Shown one piece after another: positions 26,616-34,699 of a stretch of DNA of 64,000 bases. Under the pieces are notes generated by a model. The model was not told the origin of the DNA and ran no database searches. It worked only from the letters and a program-made list of their open reading frames with translations. The stretch's first letter is position 1; every line of letters starts with the position of its first letter. Origin of the DNA: a virus; the IMG/VR virus record IMGVR_UViG_3300037483_001116, positions 32,001-96,000 of that record; one strand, 5' to 3'. The position numbers were made by a program, and so were the translations under genes.

Positions 26616-27122
26616 TCACGCGGCGGGCCCACGACTTACGAAGAGGCGGCGGTAGACGGTTTCACTGACCACTGCGACCGGATACTCCGTCATTGTGATC
26701 ATTGCATCTACCTGCATGACCTGCCGGCCGAACTGGCCGGTGGCCTCAATGAGAGAGACCTTGCGGTTGTACCGCCTGGCGCCCAGCTGATTGAGGATGA
26801 GACCCAGCGGCATTGTCCTGGCGTCAAGCGCAGCCCTGGCGTCTTCCGTCAGCCGCTCAGTGGCCACCACTGAGCACACATCCGCAATCACCTGGTGCCG
26901 TCTGACTTGAAGCCGGCCGCAGCGGTACAGCACATCGCTGCCGGCCTCGACCTCCAGGGCCGCCGCATACTCTACGGTGGCCGACAGATACTCGTGACGG
27001 GTGGACACATAATCCACATTAGTCCGCAGCCAATGGGCTGCCGTGCCGGTGAAAGTCTCGGCGTCGCGAAGTTGAGCCGTAAACGACTCTATTTCCTGTT
27101 CCAGTTCCTTGGATCTGGTCAC
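26616..27122 (-). CDS. chorismate-lyase/UTRA-fold-like protein
   Basis: VLYRCGRL...SVVATERL...L....MPLGLIL...VAVVSETVY pattern. Confidence 0.55.
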   Translation of the reverse strand: MTRSKELEQEIESFTAQLRDAETFTGTAAHWLRTNVDYVSTRHEYLSATVEYAAALEVEAGSDVLYRCGRLQVRRHQVIADVCSVVATERLTEDARAALDARTMPLGLILNQLGARRYNRKVSLIEATGQFGRQVMQVDAMITMTEYPVAVVSETVYRRLFVSRGPAA

Positions 27123-27123
27123 G

Positions 27124-27206
27124 CGGTAGGCCCGGGTCTCGAACCCGGAACGGGGTTAACCGCACACGTTTTCGAAACGTGCTCCTCACCAATTCGGATG
27201 CCTACC
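27124..27206 (-). tRNA. tRNA-Ser(CGA)
   Basis: loop TTCGAAA. Confidence 0.85.
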
Positions 27207-27327
27207 ATGGGTTGGCGCCAGGACCCGAACCTGGCCTTTCTGGCCCGAGGCCGGGCGTGCTGACAGCCGTCTCACCGGGCTTGATGCCGGATAGATCAGG
27301 CTGCCGTTCCCCCTACACTATGCAACG

Positions 27328-27401
27328 TCTGGGTGGCCGGAATTGAACCGACGACCTCCTCGTCCCGAACGAGGCGTTCCACCAAGCTGAACTACACCCA
27401 G
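27328..27401 (-). tRNA. tRNA-Pro(CGG)
   Basis: loop TTCGGGA. Confidence 0.9.
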
Positions 27402-27417
27402 AAGACCTTTGTTTGCG

Positions 27418-27493
27418 TCGGGACGGAGGGATTTGAACCCCCGAATCTCCAGACCCCCAGTCTGGCGCGTTGACCAAGCTACGCTACGTCCCG
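27418..27493 (-). tRNA. tRNA-Pro(GGG)
   Basis: loop CTGGGGG. Confidence 0.9.
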
Positions 27494-28050
27494 ATGTCTT
27501 TGTGTGTACGATAGGTGCAAATTTTCCAGGCCGTTGTGCGATGCACCTGGAACTGAGCACCTATTTCGTCAAAACTGCTGCCACCAGAAAAGGCTTTCCT
27601 GATCTCTAGAACCCGTTCAGGGGTCAAATGATTACCGGTACCTTTGGGGCTTCTGTACTTTGCCGCGTACGTTTTTTGGGCGGCGCTACATGCGTCACAC
27701 CGGCAGTTCCAGGGCGCCCTATAGCCAGTAGGGGTCCCGTGGGGAAGGACAAGAATTTTGTTGTGGGCGCCGCCGGTTTCTTTATTTTCTTTACTTTTTC
27801 GGCGGTGACATTTTTCGCAGAGCAGTTGGCACTTGTCCAATTCACTAACCATGACTTGCCAGCGCCTATTGTAATTTGCGGCAATGGTAAACGACTTGGA
27901 CTTGGGGTCAATGTGATCAAATTGAAGGCTCTTTTGAGAACCGCATCTGTTGCAGAGATTACCAAGGTAATCTCTGCAACGCTGCCTTCGTCTCGCAACC
28001 CATTTTTTGTCGTATTCGCGGCGCCATCTACGTAATTCAGCCTTGTCCAT
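27484..28050 (-). CDS. HNH endonuclease with C-terminal HTH
   Basis: CNRCG..LQFDHIDP...CQLLCEKCH; visibly AT-richer. Confidence 0.85.
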   Translation of the reverse strand: MDKAELRRWRREYDKKWVARRRQRCRDYLGNLCNRCGSQKSLQFDHIDPKSKSFTIAANYNRRWQVMVSELDKCQLLCEKCHRRKSKENKETGGAHNKILVLPHGTPTGYRAPWNCRCDACSAAQKTYAAKYRSPKGTGNHLTPERVLEIRKAFSGGSSFDEIGAQFQVHRTTAWKICTYRTHKDIGT

Positions 28051-28091
28051 GACGCTATCGTAGTGCCCGCTCTAACCGTAGCGCAACGGCG

Positions 28092-28163
28092 CGCCCCCAC
28101 AAGGAGTCGAACCTTGATCTGAATCTCCGTAGGATTCCGTCATATCCGTTGGACCATGGGGGC
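28092..28163 (-). tRNA. tRNA-Arg(ACG)
   Basis: loop CTACGGA. Confidence 0.9.
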
Positions 28164-28255
28164 TTAACTGTGGGACCCGCGCCGGGCCCCACTTCCCTCC
28201 ACCGCACCATGGCGGCAGCCGCTTGATAGTGGAGGAGGCCTCGTCGGCCCGGCGG

Positions 28256-28330
28256 TAGGAACGGGAAGAATCGAACTTCCGACCTCCGAGTTATCAGCTC
28301 GGCGCTAACTAACCACTGAGCTACGCTCCC
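28256..28330 (-). tRNA. tRNA-Ile(GAU)
   Basis: loop CTGATAA. Confidence 0.9.
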
Positions 28331-28422
28331 AGGTGCCCGGAAGATGGCCCTCTCCCGGGACTTTTCGTCGACCGAACAATCGCTTCAAGGCGGCCTCTTC
28401 GTCGACTTCAATGCGCATTGCG

Positions 28423-28511
28423 CAGAGGCATAGGGATTCGGACCCTAGGGACACCTGACGATGTCCACTGGCTTAGCAGGCCAGCCCGTTAGACCACTCC
28501 GGCATGCCTCT
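28423..28511 (-). tRNA. tRNA-Ser(GCU)
   Basis: loop CTGCTAA, long variable arm. Confidence 0.85.
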
Positions 28512-28578
28512 AGGCGCCGGGGCCACCCTCCCCCGCTGGGGCTCTATGCCTGCCCTAGGCTTCCCCCACCGAGGGAAG

Positions 28579-28653
28579 CGGTCCGTAGGGAATTCGAATC
28601 CCTGGTCCCCGCCGTGACAAGGCGGTGCTTTAACCTGGCTAAGCTAACGGACC
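28579..28653 (-). tRNA. tRNA-Asp(GUC)
   Basis: loop TTGTCAC. Confidence 0.9.
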
Positions 28654-28660
28654 TTGCTCA

Positions 28661-29041
28661 TTACTTTGGATCAATATACAGGGATGTCACCGGATCCCAG
28701 ACCAGTTCCGCGTGGACCCGGTTCAGGTCCGCGGTAGCGTCTGGCGTTCCTTCCGGAACACAGACCCAGCCTTGGCCTGGGACGAGGATCGAGTACCAGC
28801 CTCTCTGTTCGGCTTCCCGCACCCCGGGCCACTCTCCACGCCAAACCTCCGGCGCACATTCATCGCAGCATTTGCCGGGGCCTTCTTCGGTTCCGTTGTC
28901 GTCCAGGCCGAAGAGGACATGCTGTAGGTGCTGTTCTCCGTCGACTATGCAACGGGCTACGTCGCAGCCGACCAGGTGCTGTTTGTTGACCCTGACGCCG
29001 CAGTCAGGGCAGTGAGGGCCGGCGACGGTCACAACCTTCAA
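28661..29041 (-). CDS. Cys-rich hypothetical protein
   Basis: CPDCG..H..GCDVARC...W.GEWPG motif. Confidence 0.65.
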   Translation of the reverse strand: MKVVTVAGPHCPDCGVRVNKQHLVGCDVARCIVDGEQHLQHVLFGLDDNGTEEGPGKCCDECAPEVWRGEWPGVREAEQRGWYSILVPGQGWVCVPEGTPDATADLNRVHAELVWDPVTSLYIDPK

Positions 29042-29065
29042 GGTTCCTCCGGTAGGGAGATGAAG

Positions 29066-29141
29066 TGCCCTGACTGGGATTCGAACCCAGACTGTACCCT
29101 GTTTAAGAGGGCTCTCTAGCTGCCAGTTGGAGTACCAGGGC
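29066..29141 (-). tRNA. tRNA-Leu(UAA), short variable arm
   Basis: loop CTTAAAC. Confidence 0.85.
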
Positions 29142-29194
29142 TCTTCACTGGCACTGATCCTAGGCGCAGCTACGGCTCCTCTGTCAAGCCTCTG

Positions 29195-29268
29195 TGCCGG
29201 CGTAGGGATTCGAACCCTAAAACACCTGATTCTGAGTCAGGCCGCTTGAGCCGTCAGCGTGCGCCGGC
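29195..29268 (-). tRNA. tRNA-Leu(CAG), short variable arm
   Basis: loop CTCAGAA. Confidence 0.85.
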
Positions 29269-29487
29269 AGGCACCCCAGCCTTTCGGGTCCTCGACCATT
29301 GCCTCGCGAGTCTGGTCGAATTCCTTGGCCCCTGTGTCCTACGTCCGTCTGGGGTTACGGCTAGGGGTACGCGTGGTGAAGGGCGACCAGGGCTACTGTC
29401 AAGCATTCAGGCCCAGCCAGCCGGCCTGCTAATCCTGGTTCTTGATCCTCGCTGTCCGGACCCTTCACGTATCCGTGGAACCGGACG

Positions 29488-29671
29488 TGGACCTGGCGGG
29501 AATTGCACCCGCGCCAATGTAGACGGTGGGATAACGCGCTTCCCTCCCGGGGGTTGAGGTTCCCTTCCCTGTGGTCTTCTACACCACTGGCCCGGCGCCG
29601 GTGCCTCCGCAAACCCTGCCGTCGTGTCGCATCCTTCGTTTTATGCCGCTCTACTTCTGAGCTACAGGCCC
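29488..29671 (-). ncRNA. Ala-identity tRNA-like RNA with ~110-nt insertion in place of the anticodon arm
   Basis: GGGCCTG/CAGGTCC-A with G3:U70, normal D- and T-arms. Confidence 0.65.
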
Positions 29672-30192
29672 TTGTTCTTTATGCGCTCTCGCCCAAGGCG
29701 AAGACCATTGGGGTTATGCGGACTTAGTTTTTTGTCGCTGAAGTATCGACCCTGATGGATCGCATAGATTGCCCATTTTGTAACACCATATTCCTCTGCG
29801 AGCGAAACTGCGCTTCTTTGCTTAGACCTGAACAGGTGTACAATTTCTTCACCTTGGTCACGAGAAATTCGACGAGGTCGCGGATGCCATGAAGCAATCA
29901 CAGAATCTATCTGTTCCTGACGGCGAATGCCCATGAATGGCCTAAGCTGCTTCATAACATGAAGTGCCGGGTACCCTGTAACACTTACGCAGAAAGTATT
30001 TTTAAACCGCAGGTTACTCGGAACATATCTTTGGTATGAAGCGTCGAGCAATTTAGCTGCCCGAGAGACTACGTCTTCATCTGTCATTTGAAGACGAATG
30101 GCAATCTTATTTGGATCTGATGGGGGACCCTTGACGAAGGTCCCTTCACCTTCCAGGAGTCCCACTAGCCAGTAGAAATCAGAGTCTTTCAT
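29662..30192 (-). CDS. LAGLIDADG homing endonuclease
   Basis: YWLVGLLEGEGTF, QMTDEDVV; AT-richer. Confidence 0.85.
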   Translation of the reverse strand: MKDSDFYWLVGLLEGEGTFVKGPPSDPNKIAIRLQMTDEDVVSRAAKLLDASYQRYVPSNLRFKNTFCVSVTGYPALHVMKQLRPFMGIRRQEQIDSVIASWHPRPRRISRDQGEEIVHLFRSKQRSAVSLAEEYGVTKWAIYAIHQGRYFSDKKLSPHNPNGLRLGRERIKNKGL

Positions 30193-30193
30193 G

Positions 30194-30266
30194 TGGAGCC
30201 TGCCCGACTCGAACGGGCCACCCCCGCCTTGCAAAGACGGTGCTCTACCAGATGAGCTAAGGCCCC
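30194..30266 (-). tRNA. tRNA-Ala(UGC)
   Basis: loop TTTGCAA, G3:U70. Confidence 0.9.
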
Positions 30267-30274
30267 TTGAGGAA

Positions 30275-30341
30275 AGCCGGGGGGGAGAGTCGAACTCCCA
30301 CCATCTCCGTCGAGTGCCCTGCCAATTGGGCTACTCCCGGC
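30275..30341 (-). ncRNA. tRNA-like RNA with truncated anticodon arm
   Basis: D- and T-arms intact, only CTC-GACG-GAG in the anticodon position. Confidence 0.55.
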
Positions 30342-30347
30342 TTCCCG

Positions 30348-30420
30348 AGCCAACGGTGCGGATCGAACGCACTACCTCTTCCGTACGAAGGAAGCGCCCT
30401 ACCTTCAGGACCTCGCTGGC
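30348..30420 (-). tRNA. tRNA-Thr(CGU)
   Basis: loop TTCGTAC. Confidence 0.85.
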
Positions 30421-30429
30421 ATTTCCTTG

Positions 30430-30720
30430 CTACCAGGACACGGATACTGGCGCGTACCAGTCCATGTCTTCACGGTCGGCGGCCTGCGTCTTCAGCAGGC
30501 CTTGGCGGACTTGCCGCCACGCTCCGCGTTCCTGCTGGCGGAGGTGCTTGCGGTACAGCTGGCCTACGCACAGGTTGCAGCCGCAGGTGTTGTACAGCGG
30601 CCACGGCTCCAGCCCCCTGCCGTTGCCCCAGCCCCAGTTGGGGCGCCACAACATCCGGTGCTGGTTGTACGGATCGGTGACCTGTACCCGGTAGGGACGA
30701 TGAACGTCGGTTCTGGACAC
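30430..30720 (-). CDS. hypothetical protein (MSRTD family)
   Basis: MSRTDVHRPYRVQ...CGCNLC. Confidence 0.65.
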   Translation of the reverse strand: MSRTDVHRPYRVQVTDPYNQHRMLWRPNWGWGNGRGLEPWPLYNTCGCNLCVGQLYRKHLRQQERGAWRQVRQGLLKTQAADREDMDWYAPVSVSW

Positions 30721-30817
30721 GTAACGACCTGTCCTTCGGCCGCCTGGAGACTTTCCCCAGGTCTAACGCCTGCCGTCGCCCATCGCGATCACGCTCCTTT
30801 AGGTCAATACTGAGCCT

Positions 30818-31030
30818 ATGAGTGAAACTGTTCAGATCATTTCCGCGGTGACCACCGGTATCGTGGCCATCATTGCCGCCTACGGCGCGATCCAGGTCCG
30901 GCGTGTACATACCTTGGTCAATTCCAAGAACGATGCGATGGCGGCTCGGATCGAGCAGCTGGCTGAGGAGTTACGCGCCAGGGGTGACGGGACCGTTCCT
31001 GAGGCCCCCGAGAAAAAGGCTCAGCTGTAG
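30818..31030 (+). CDS. small membrane protein
   Basis: N-terminal TM, VHTLVNS motif. Confidence 0.6.
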   Translation: MSETVQIISAVTTGIVAIIAAYGAIQVRRVHTLVNSKNDAMAARIEQLAEELRARGDGTVPEAPEKKAQL

Positions 31031-31410
31031 TAGCTGTTTCTGCGGTGTACCTGGTCGCGTACGGCCTTGTCGACTTTGATGCTGGCCAGGACTGTCTTCT
31101 GCTTGACCATCAGGCTGTAGCAGCGGCAGTCCTGCTGGGCGCCGAGGGGAAGGTACAGGAACGGGTCGCCTTTGTGGTGGGCTTCGAGGAATTGTTCCAG
31201 CTTCTTGAAGCCCGGTACCTTGAAGATGCGCATGTCGTACCAGTGGTAGACCTGTGCGATCAGCCAGCGATGCAGTGGCTGTTCCCATAGTTCCAACCGG
31301 TAGGTGATGCGGCGATTTTCGTCGCGTAAGTGGTGGACGGTGCTGACGTCGAATCCACGCTTTTTGATCATGTTGGCCGGCGTCACGTGCCGGAGCCGGT
31401 GTGTTGGCAT
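31021..31410 (-). CDS. hypothetical protein
   Basis: GC3-biased ORF after tRNA-Thr. Confidence 0.6.
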   Translation of the reverse strand: MPTHRLRHVTPANMIKKRGFDVSTVHHLRDENRRITYRLELWEQPLHRWLIAQVYHWYDMRIFKVPGFKKLEQFLEAHHKGDPFLYLPLGAQQDCRCYSLMVKQKTVLASIKVDKAVRDQVHRRNSYYS

Positions 31411-31419
31411 GGGGCTGCG

Positions 31420-31492
31420 AGCCGGCGACCGGGCTCGAACCGGTTGTCTTCGCGTTACAAGTGCGACGCAAGTCCTGACCTGCTCCGCCGGC
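31420..31492 (-). tRNA. tRNA-Thr(UGU)
   Basis: loop CTTGTAA. Confidence 0.85.
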
Positions 31493-31568
31493 ATTGACCA
31501 TACGGGCACCTATTGCGCCATCCGCTCCCCAGGCTCATTCGGTTTTACCTAGCGGCCAGACCCGTACG

Positions 31569-31641
31569 TGTCTCCGGGGAGGGTCGAACTCCCGCTGGCT
31601 GCCTCCTCAAGACAGTGCCTCTACCTTTGGGCTACGAAGAC
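31569..31641 (-). tRNA. tRNA-Leu(GAG), short variable arm
   Basis: loop TTGAGGA. Confidence 0.85.
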
Positions 31642-31770
31642 GTGTGGAAATCCCTGCGTGGCCCCTTGGGCCTCGCCCTCAGGAAACCTGCAGTTCCCCG
31701 GCTCCAGGGATCGATATGTTGCCGAGCGCATTTCTGGCCGGTTGATCATTCCGGCGTCCATGCGTTTCCG

Positions 31771-31850
31771 TGGAAGTGCGGGGAGTCGAACCCCGGTCCA
31801 GTGGTGTTCCGTCGTGCGGCTTTGCACCCCTGTCGTTACCAACCACCCCC
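31771..31850 (-). ncRNA. mini-tmRNA (tRNA-like domain only)
   Basis: GGGGGTG-GTTGGTAACGAC...GGAC-CGGGGTTCGACTCCCCG-CACTTCC-A; G3:U70; no D-stem; no coding domain. Confidence 0.65.
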
Positions 31851-31946
31851 GAGAACGTTTGGCCTTGTCATCCTTTCGGAAGCCCTCGCATCCGGCAGCT
31901 TTTATCGCCGCGCCCATCGGATAGCCAAACCGGCGAGTCCCTAGCG

Positions 31947-32018
31947 CTGGGAGTCCAGGACTCGAACCTGGACCAAGGCCGTCAGAGGACCTTGTGCTGC
32001 CAATTACACCAACTCCCA
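31947..32018 (-). tRNA. tRNA-Gln(CUG)
   Basis: loop CTCTGAC. Confidence 0.9.
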
Positions 32019-32161
32019 TTGGTGGGTTGGATCCGAAGACGGGGACCCCTCCGAACCCAACCCCTTACCATCCTGCAACCGGGCCCCCTGATAATTGGGC
32101 CCGGGTTCAGGTTCCTGGTTCGGGGGGCCCACAAATTCGCGGTCGGCGGGCCCCCCGAAGT

Positions 32162-32611
32162 TCAGCGCTGCAAGGTATTCCACGTCGGTGCGTAGGTCTT
32201 TACCTTGAGGGTCATGCCGGCCTCGTTGGGCAGCCGGTCGCCTTTGCGCTGGTTGCACGGGTCGCAACACGCGACGGTGTTGACCCAGGTGTTTTTTCCG
32301 TTCCGGGATACGGGCCGGATGTGGTCGACGGTGTTGCCGGCCGCGGCGCCGCAGTAGCCGCATTTGCGGCTGTCCCGGCGGAGCACACCTTGCCGGGACC
32401 AGGTAGGTCCGGCGGTGTACCGCCATTTGGTGACGATGAAGTGAATGAGCCTGACGGACAGGGGCCGTTCGTAGGGGCCTATGCGTATTTCAGGTTCCGA
32501 TTCGTGCACTTCCGCAACTCCGCGGAAGAGCATCCGGATGGCGTGCCTGAGGCTGACTCGATGCAATGGATCGAGGTCGGCGTTCAGGACCAAAACTGCT
32601 GCTCCCTGCAT
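32162..32611 (-). CDS. McrA-like HNH endonuclease
   Basis: VLVLNAD..PL; RRDSRKCGYCG...TVDHIRPVSRNGKNTWVNTVACCDPCN. Confidence 0.9.
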   Translation of the reverse strand: MQGAAVLVLNADLDPLHRVSLRHAIRMLFRGVAEVHESEPEIRIGPYERPLSVRLIHFIVTKWRYTAGPTWSRQGVLRRDSRKCGYCGAAAGNTVDHIRPVSRNGKNTWVNTVACCDPCNQRKGDRLPNEAGMTLKVKTYAPTWNTLQR

Positions 32612-32654
32612 CGAGTCACCTCCTTTGCGTGCAGAGGGTTCAATCTAGGTCACG

Positions 32655-32725
32655 AGCGGCTACGGGGGCTCGAACCCCGGTGTCCGGCATGGCGAGCCGG
32701 CGCACTACCACTGTGCTATAGCCGC
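32655..32725 (-). tRNA. tRNA-Gly(GCC)
   Basis: loop TCGCCAT, U73. Confidence 0.85.
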
Positions 32726-32843
32726 ATGTGAGGGGTGGGTTCTAGCGTCAGACTTCAACTCTCATGGAGAGGCTGCTTCCAAGGCTTCAGCGACCTAAAG
32801 CCCTACTTTCAATGCCAGGTCATTCTCCTGGACCAGAACCACG

Positions 32844-32916
32844 AGCGACCTGCGGGGCTCGAACCCGCGACCTTTTCCTTGGGAAAGAAACGCGCTACCA
32901 GCTGCGCCACGATCGC
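32844..32916 (-). tRNA. tRNA-Gly(CCC)
   Basis: loop TTCCCAA. Confidence 0.9.
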
Positions 32917-32918
32917 AC

Positions 32919-33233
32919 TTACTGTCCAGAATCTTTGCCGGTTGTACCTGGGTGCCATCGGGCCAGGGCCTCTGCTGCGAGTCGGCTTTGAGGTTGAAGT
33001 TGCTGACCTGGCGCCTTTGGCATTTGTCGACATTCAGCTGTTTCAGCTTTTGCTTGCTCCTTCTTCTCGGCCTGCCAGGTGGCTTCCAGCTGCCGGTTAC
33101 GGTCCCGCTTCTCCCTTACCTCGACCTTTTGAGCTTTCAGGATTGATCGGCGCCTCCTTCTGGAAGCATCCTGGAGCAGCACCTGCATCCGGAGGTGCTC
33201 GTACTCCTCCAGAGGAGTGTCTTGTCCAGTCAC
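32919..33233 (-). CDS. basic coiled-coil hypothetical protein
   Basis: fills the gap between two tRNAs; GTG 2 nt after tRNA-Thr. Confidence 0.55.
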   Translation of the reverse strand: MTGQDTPLEEYEHLRMQVLLQDASRRRRRSILKAQKVEVREKRDRNRQLEATWQAEKKEQAKAETAECRQMPKAPGQQLQPQSRLAAEALARWHPGTTGKDSGQ

Positions 33234-33234
33234 G

Positions 33235-33307
33235 AGCCCCAGGTCAGATTCGAACTGACAACCTTCTCCTTACCATGGAGACGCTCCACCGAGTGAGCTT
33301 CAGGGGC
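33235..33307 (-). tRNA. tRNA-Thr(GGU)
   Basis: loop ATGGTAA. Confidence 0.85.
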
Positions 33308-33340
33308 AAAAACCTGACCCACGAGGAGCCAGGTGGATAT

Positions 33341-33742
33341 TCATTTTGACGGCCGTTTCGGCCGGACTATGGGCCCAATTCCCTGCCAGCAGGGGTCAGG
33401 GCTGAGGGTGACGGCGATGATTTCCAGGGACGTGAACCAGGGAAATGGTTGGTCGTCCAAGGTGTAGTCGGGGCCGAGATCCATCGCTGGATACAGGTAT
33501 CCGGAGAATGCTCCGATTCGTTCGTGGATCTGGATTTGGGCCCAGATGGCAGTGTCGTCCAGGTCCCAGACCCGGCCCACCTTCCCTACCACTTCAGCCG
33601 AGGTGACGGCCCCAGGCATGGTCAGGAGCGGGGCGCCGCCTTTGTGGAGCCGGATGGTGGCGTCTTTGGTGATGCCACGTCCGTCAACGGTGGGAATGTT
33701 TCGAAAGGCGATGGGGCCTGCCCACCAGAAGCTGTTGTTCAC
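33341..33742 (-). CDS. hypothetical protein with prohead-protease-like motifs
   Basis: WAGPIAF..IPTVDGR...PLL...VVGKV...PAMDL...IIAVTLS.DP.W resembles the N-part of 46706-47902. Confidence 0.55.
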   Translation of the reverse strand: MNNSFWWAGPIAFRNIPTVDGRGITKDATIRLHKGGAPLLTMPGAVTSAEVVGKVGRVWDLDDTAIWAQIQIHERIGAFSGYLYPAMDLGPDYTLDDQPFPWFTSLEIIAVTLSPDPCWQGIGPIVRPKRPSK

Positions 33743-33743
33743 G

Positions 33744-33818
33744 TGCCGACCCCGGGACTCGAACCCGGACTGTCTCCCTTTTGAAGAGAGCGCCTGCTAC
33801 CAATTGGGCTAGGCCGGC
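33744..33818 (-). tRNA. tRNA-Leu(CAA), short variable arm
   Basis: loop TTCAAAA. Confidence 0.85.
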
Positions 33819-33828
33819 ATCTTGTCTA

Positions 33829-34101
33829 CTACCAGTACTCTTTCCCCGGCTCGTAGTCTTCCCACACGATCTGTGGCTCGGCGTGGACGACGGTCCGCAG
33901 CTCGACCAGTTCCTTGTGGGCGTCGATGCAGTCGTCACAGATCCAGACCACCATGACGGGGGCGCTGTGGGTTGGGTCCCAGATGCGGCTGCCGTAGTTG
34001 CCGCCGGCCGTAAACCGGAGGCCGTGGCTGGGAGTTTTCTCGCCGAGGTCGTGTTCGCCGAAGACCAGCTCCAGCTTCTTGGCGCATTTGAAACAGTTCA
34101 C
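33829..34101 (-). CDS. Zn-ribbon hypothetical protein
   Basis: CFKC...GNYGS..WDP...ICDDC. Confidence 0.65.
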   Translation of the reverse strand: MNCFKCAKKLELVFGEHDLGEKTPSHGLRFTAGGNYGSRIWDPTHSAPVMVVWICDDCIDAHKELVELRTVVHAEPQIVWEDYEPGKEYW

Positions 34102-34102
34102 G

Positions 34103-34177
34103 TTGGGCCGACGGGCCTCGAACCCGCTTCTCTCTCGTTATCAGCGAGGGGTTTTCACCGGATTAAACTACCGCCCA
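34103..34177 (-). tRNA. tRNA-Ile(GAU), second copy
   Basis: loop CTGATAA. Confidence 0.8.
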
Positions 34178-34187
34178 CGTTTTTGCG

Positions 34188-34258
34188 CTCGGGTACCTAG
34201 ATTCGAACTAGGACTACTGCATCCAAAGTACAGTGGGCTTCCATTACCCCATACCCGA
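34188..34258 (-). tRNA. tRNA-Gln(UUG)
   Basis: loop CTTTGGA. Confidence 0.85.
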
Positions 34259-34265
34259 TCGTACG

Positions 34266-34338
34266 AGCGGCCTGCGGGCACCGACCCCGCTGCTTCAGTT
34301 TGGAAGACTGACGTGTCCGCCGAGTTCACCAAGGCCGC
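34266..34338 (-). tRNA. tRNA-Gly(UCC)
   Basis: loop CTTCCAA. Confidence 0.8.
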
Positions 34339-34342
34339 ATGT

Positions 34343-34406
34343 TTCCCCTGCGGAGCTGAACCGCTCTGCCTGCATACAGGTGTGCTGCCGTTACACTAAC
34401 GGGGAA
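34343..34406 (-). ncRNA. tRNA-like RNA with tetraloop anticodon arm
   Basis: TAGTGTAACGGCAGCAC D-arm, CCTG-TATG-CAGG, T-arm. Confidence 0.5.
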
Positions 34407-34540
34407 TTGGCCTGGGCGGCGAGGCATTGCTGCCCGACGCCTTGCATGTCCCCACCCTATGGGCGCGGCCCAGGCTACGAAACTGACGTTGGCCCCTGAG
34501 TCAGTCAATCAGGGATGACGGGCACTAAGCGCCCATGCCG

Positions 34541-34613
34541 TACCCCACGCGGACTCGAACCGCGACTCCGAGCTTCTGATGACACGGTGTGTTGCCATTT
34601 ACACCAAAGGGGC
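34541..34613 (-). tRNA. atypical tRNA with expanded anticodon loop (centred on TCA/TCAG)
   Basis: CCGTG-TCATCAGAAG-CTCGG. Confidence 0.6.
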
Positions 34614-34699
34614 TTGAGACTGGCGTCGGCTCCCTGGGCCAGTCAACCGGGGTGGTGTAGCCGCGAATCCCGGGGAAGAATCCGGGGGCAGCATTGCCG

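Noticed and set aside
27208-27312. Additional tRNA
   Set aside because: A T-arm is present, but the acceptor and D-arm do not pair convincingly and the anticodon is ambiguous.
34541-34613. Selenocysteine tRNA
   Set aside because: It lacks the long variable arm and extended acceptor of tRNA-Sec.
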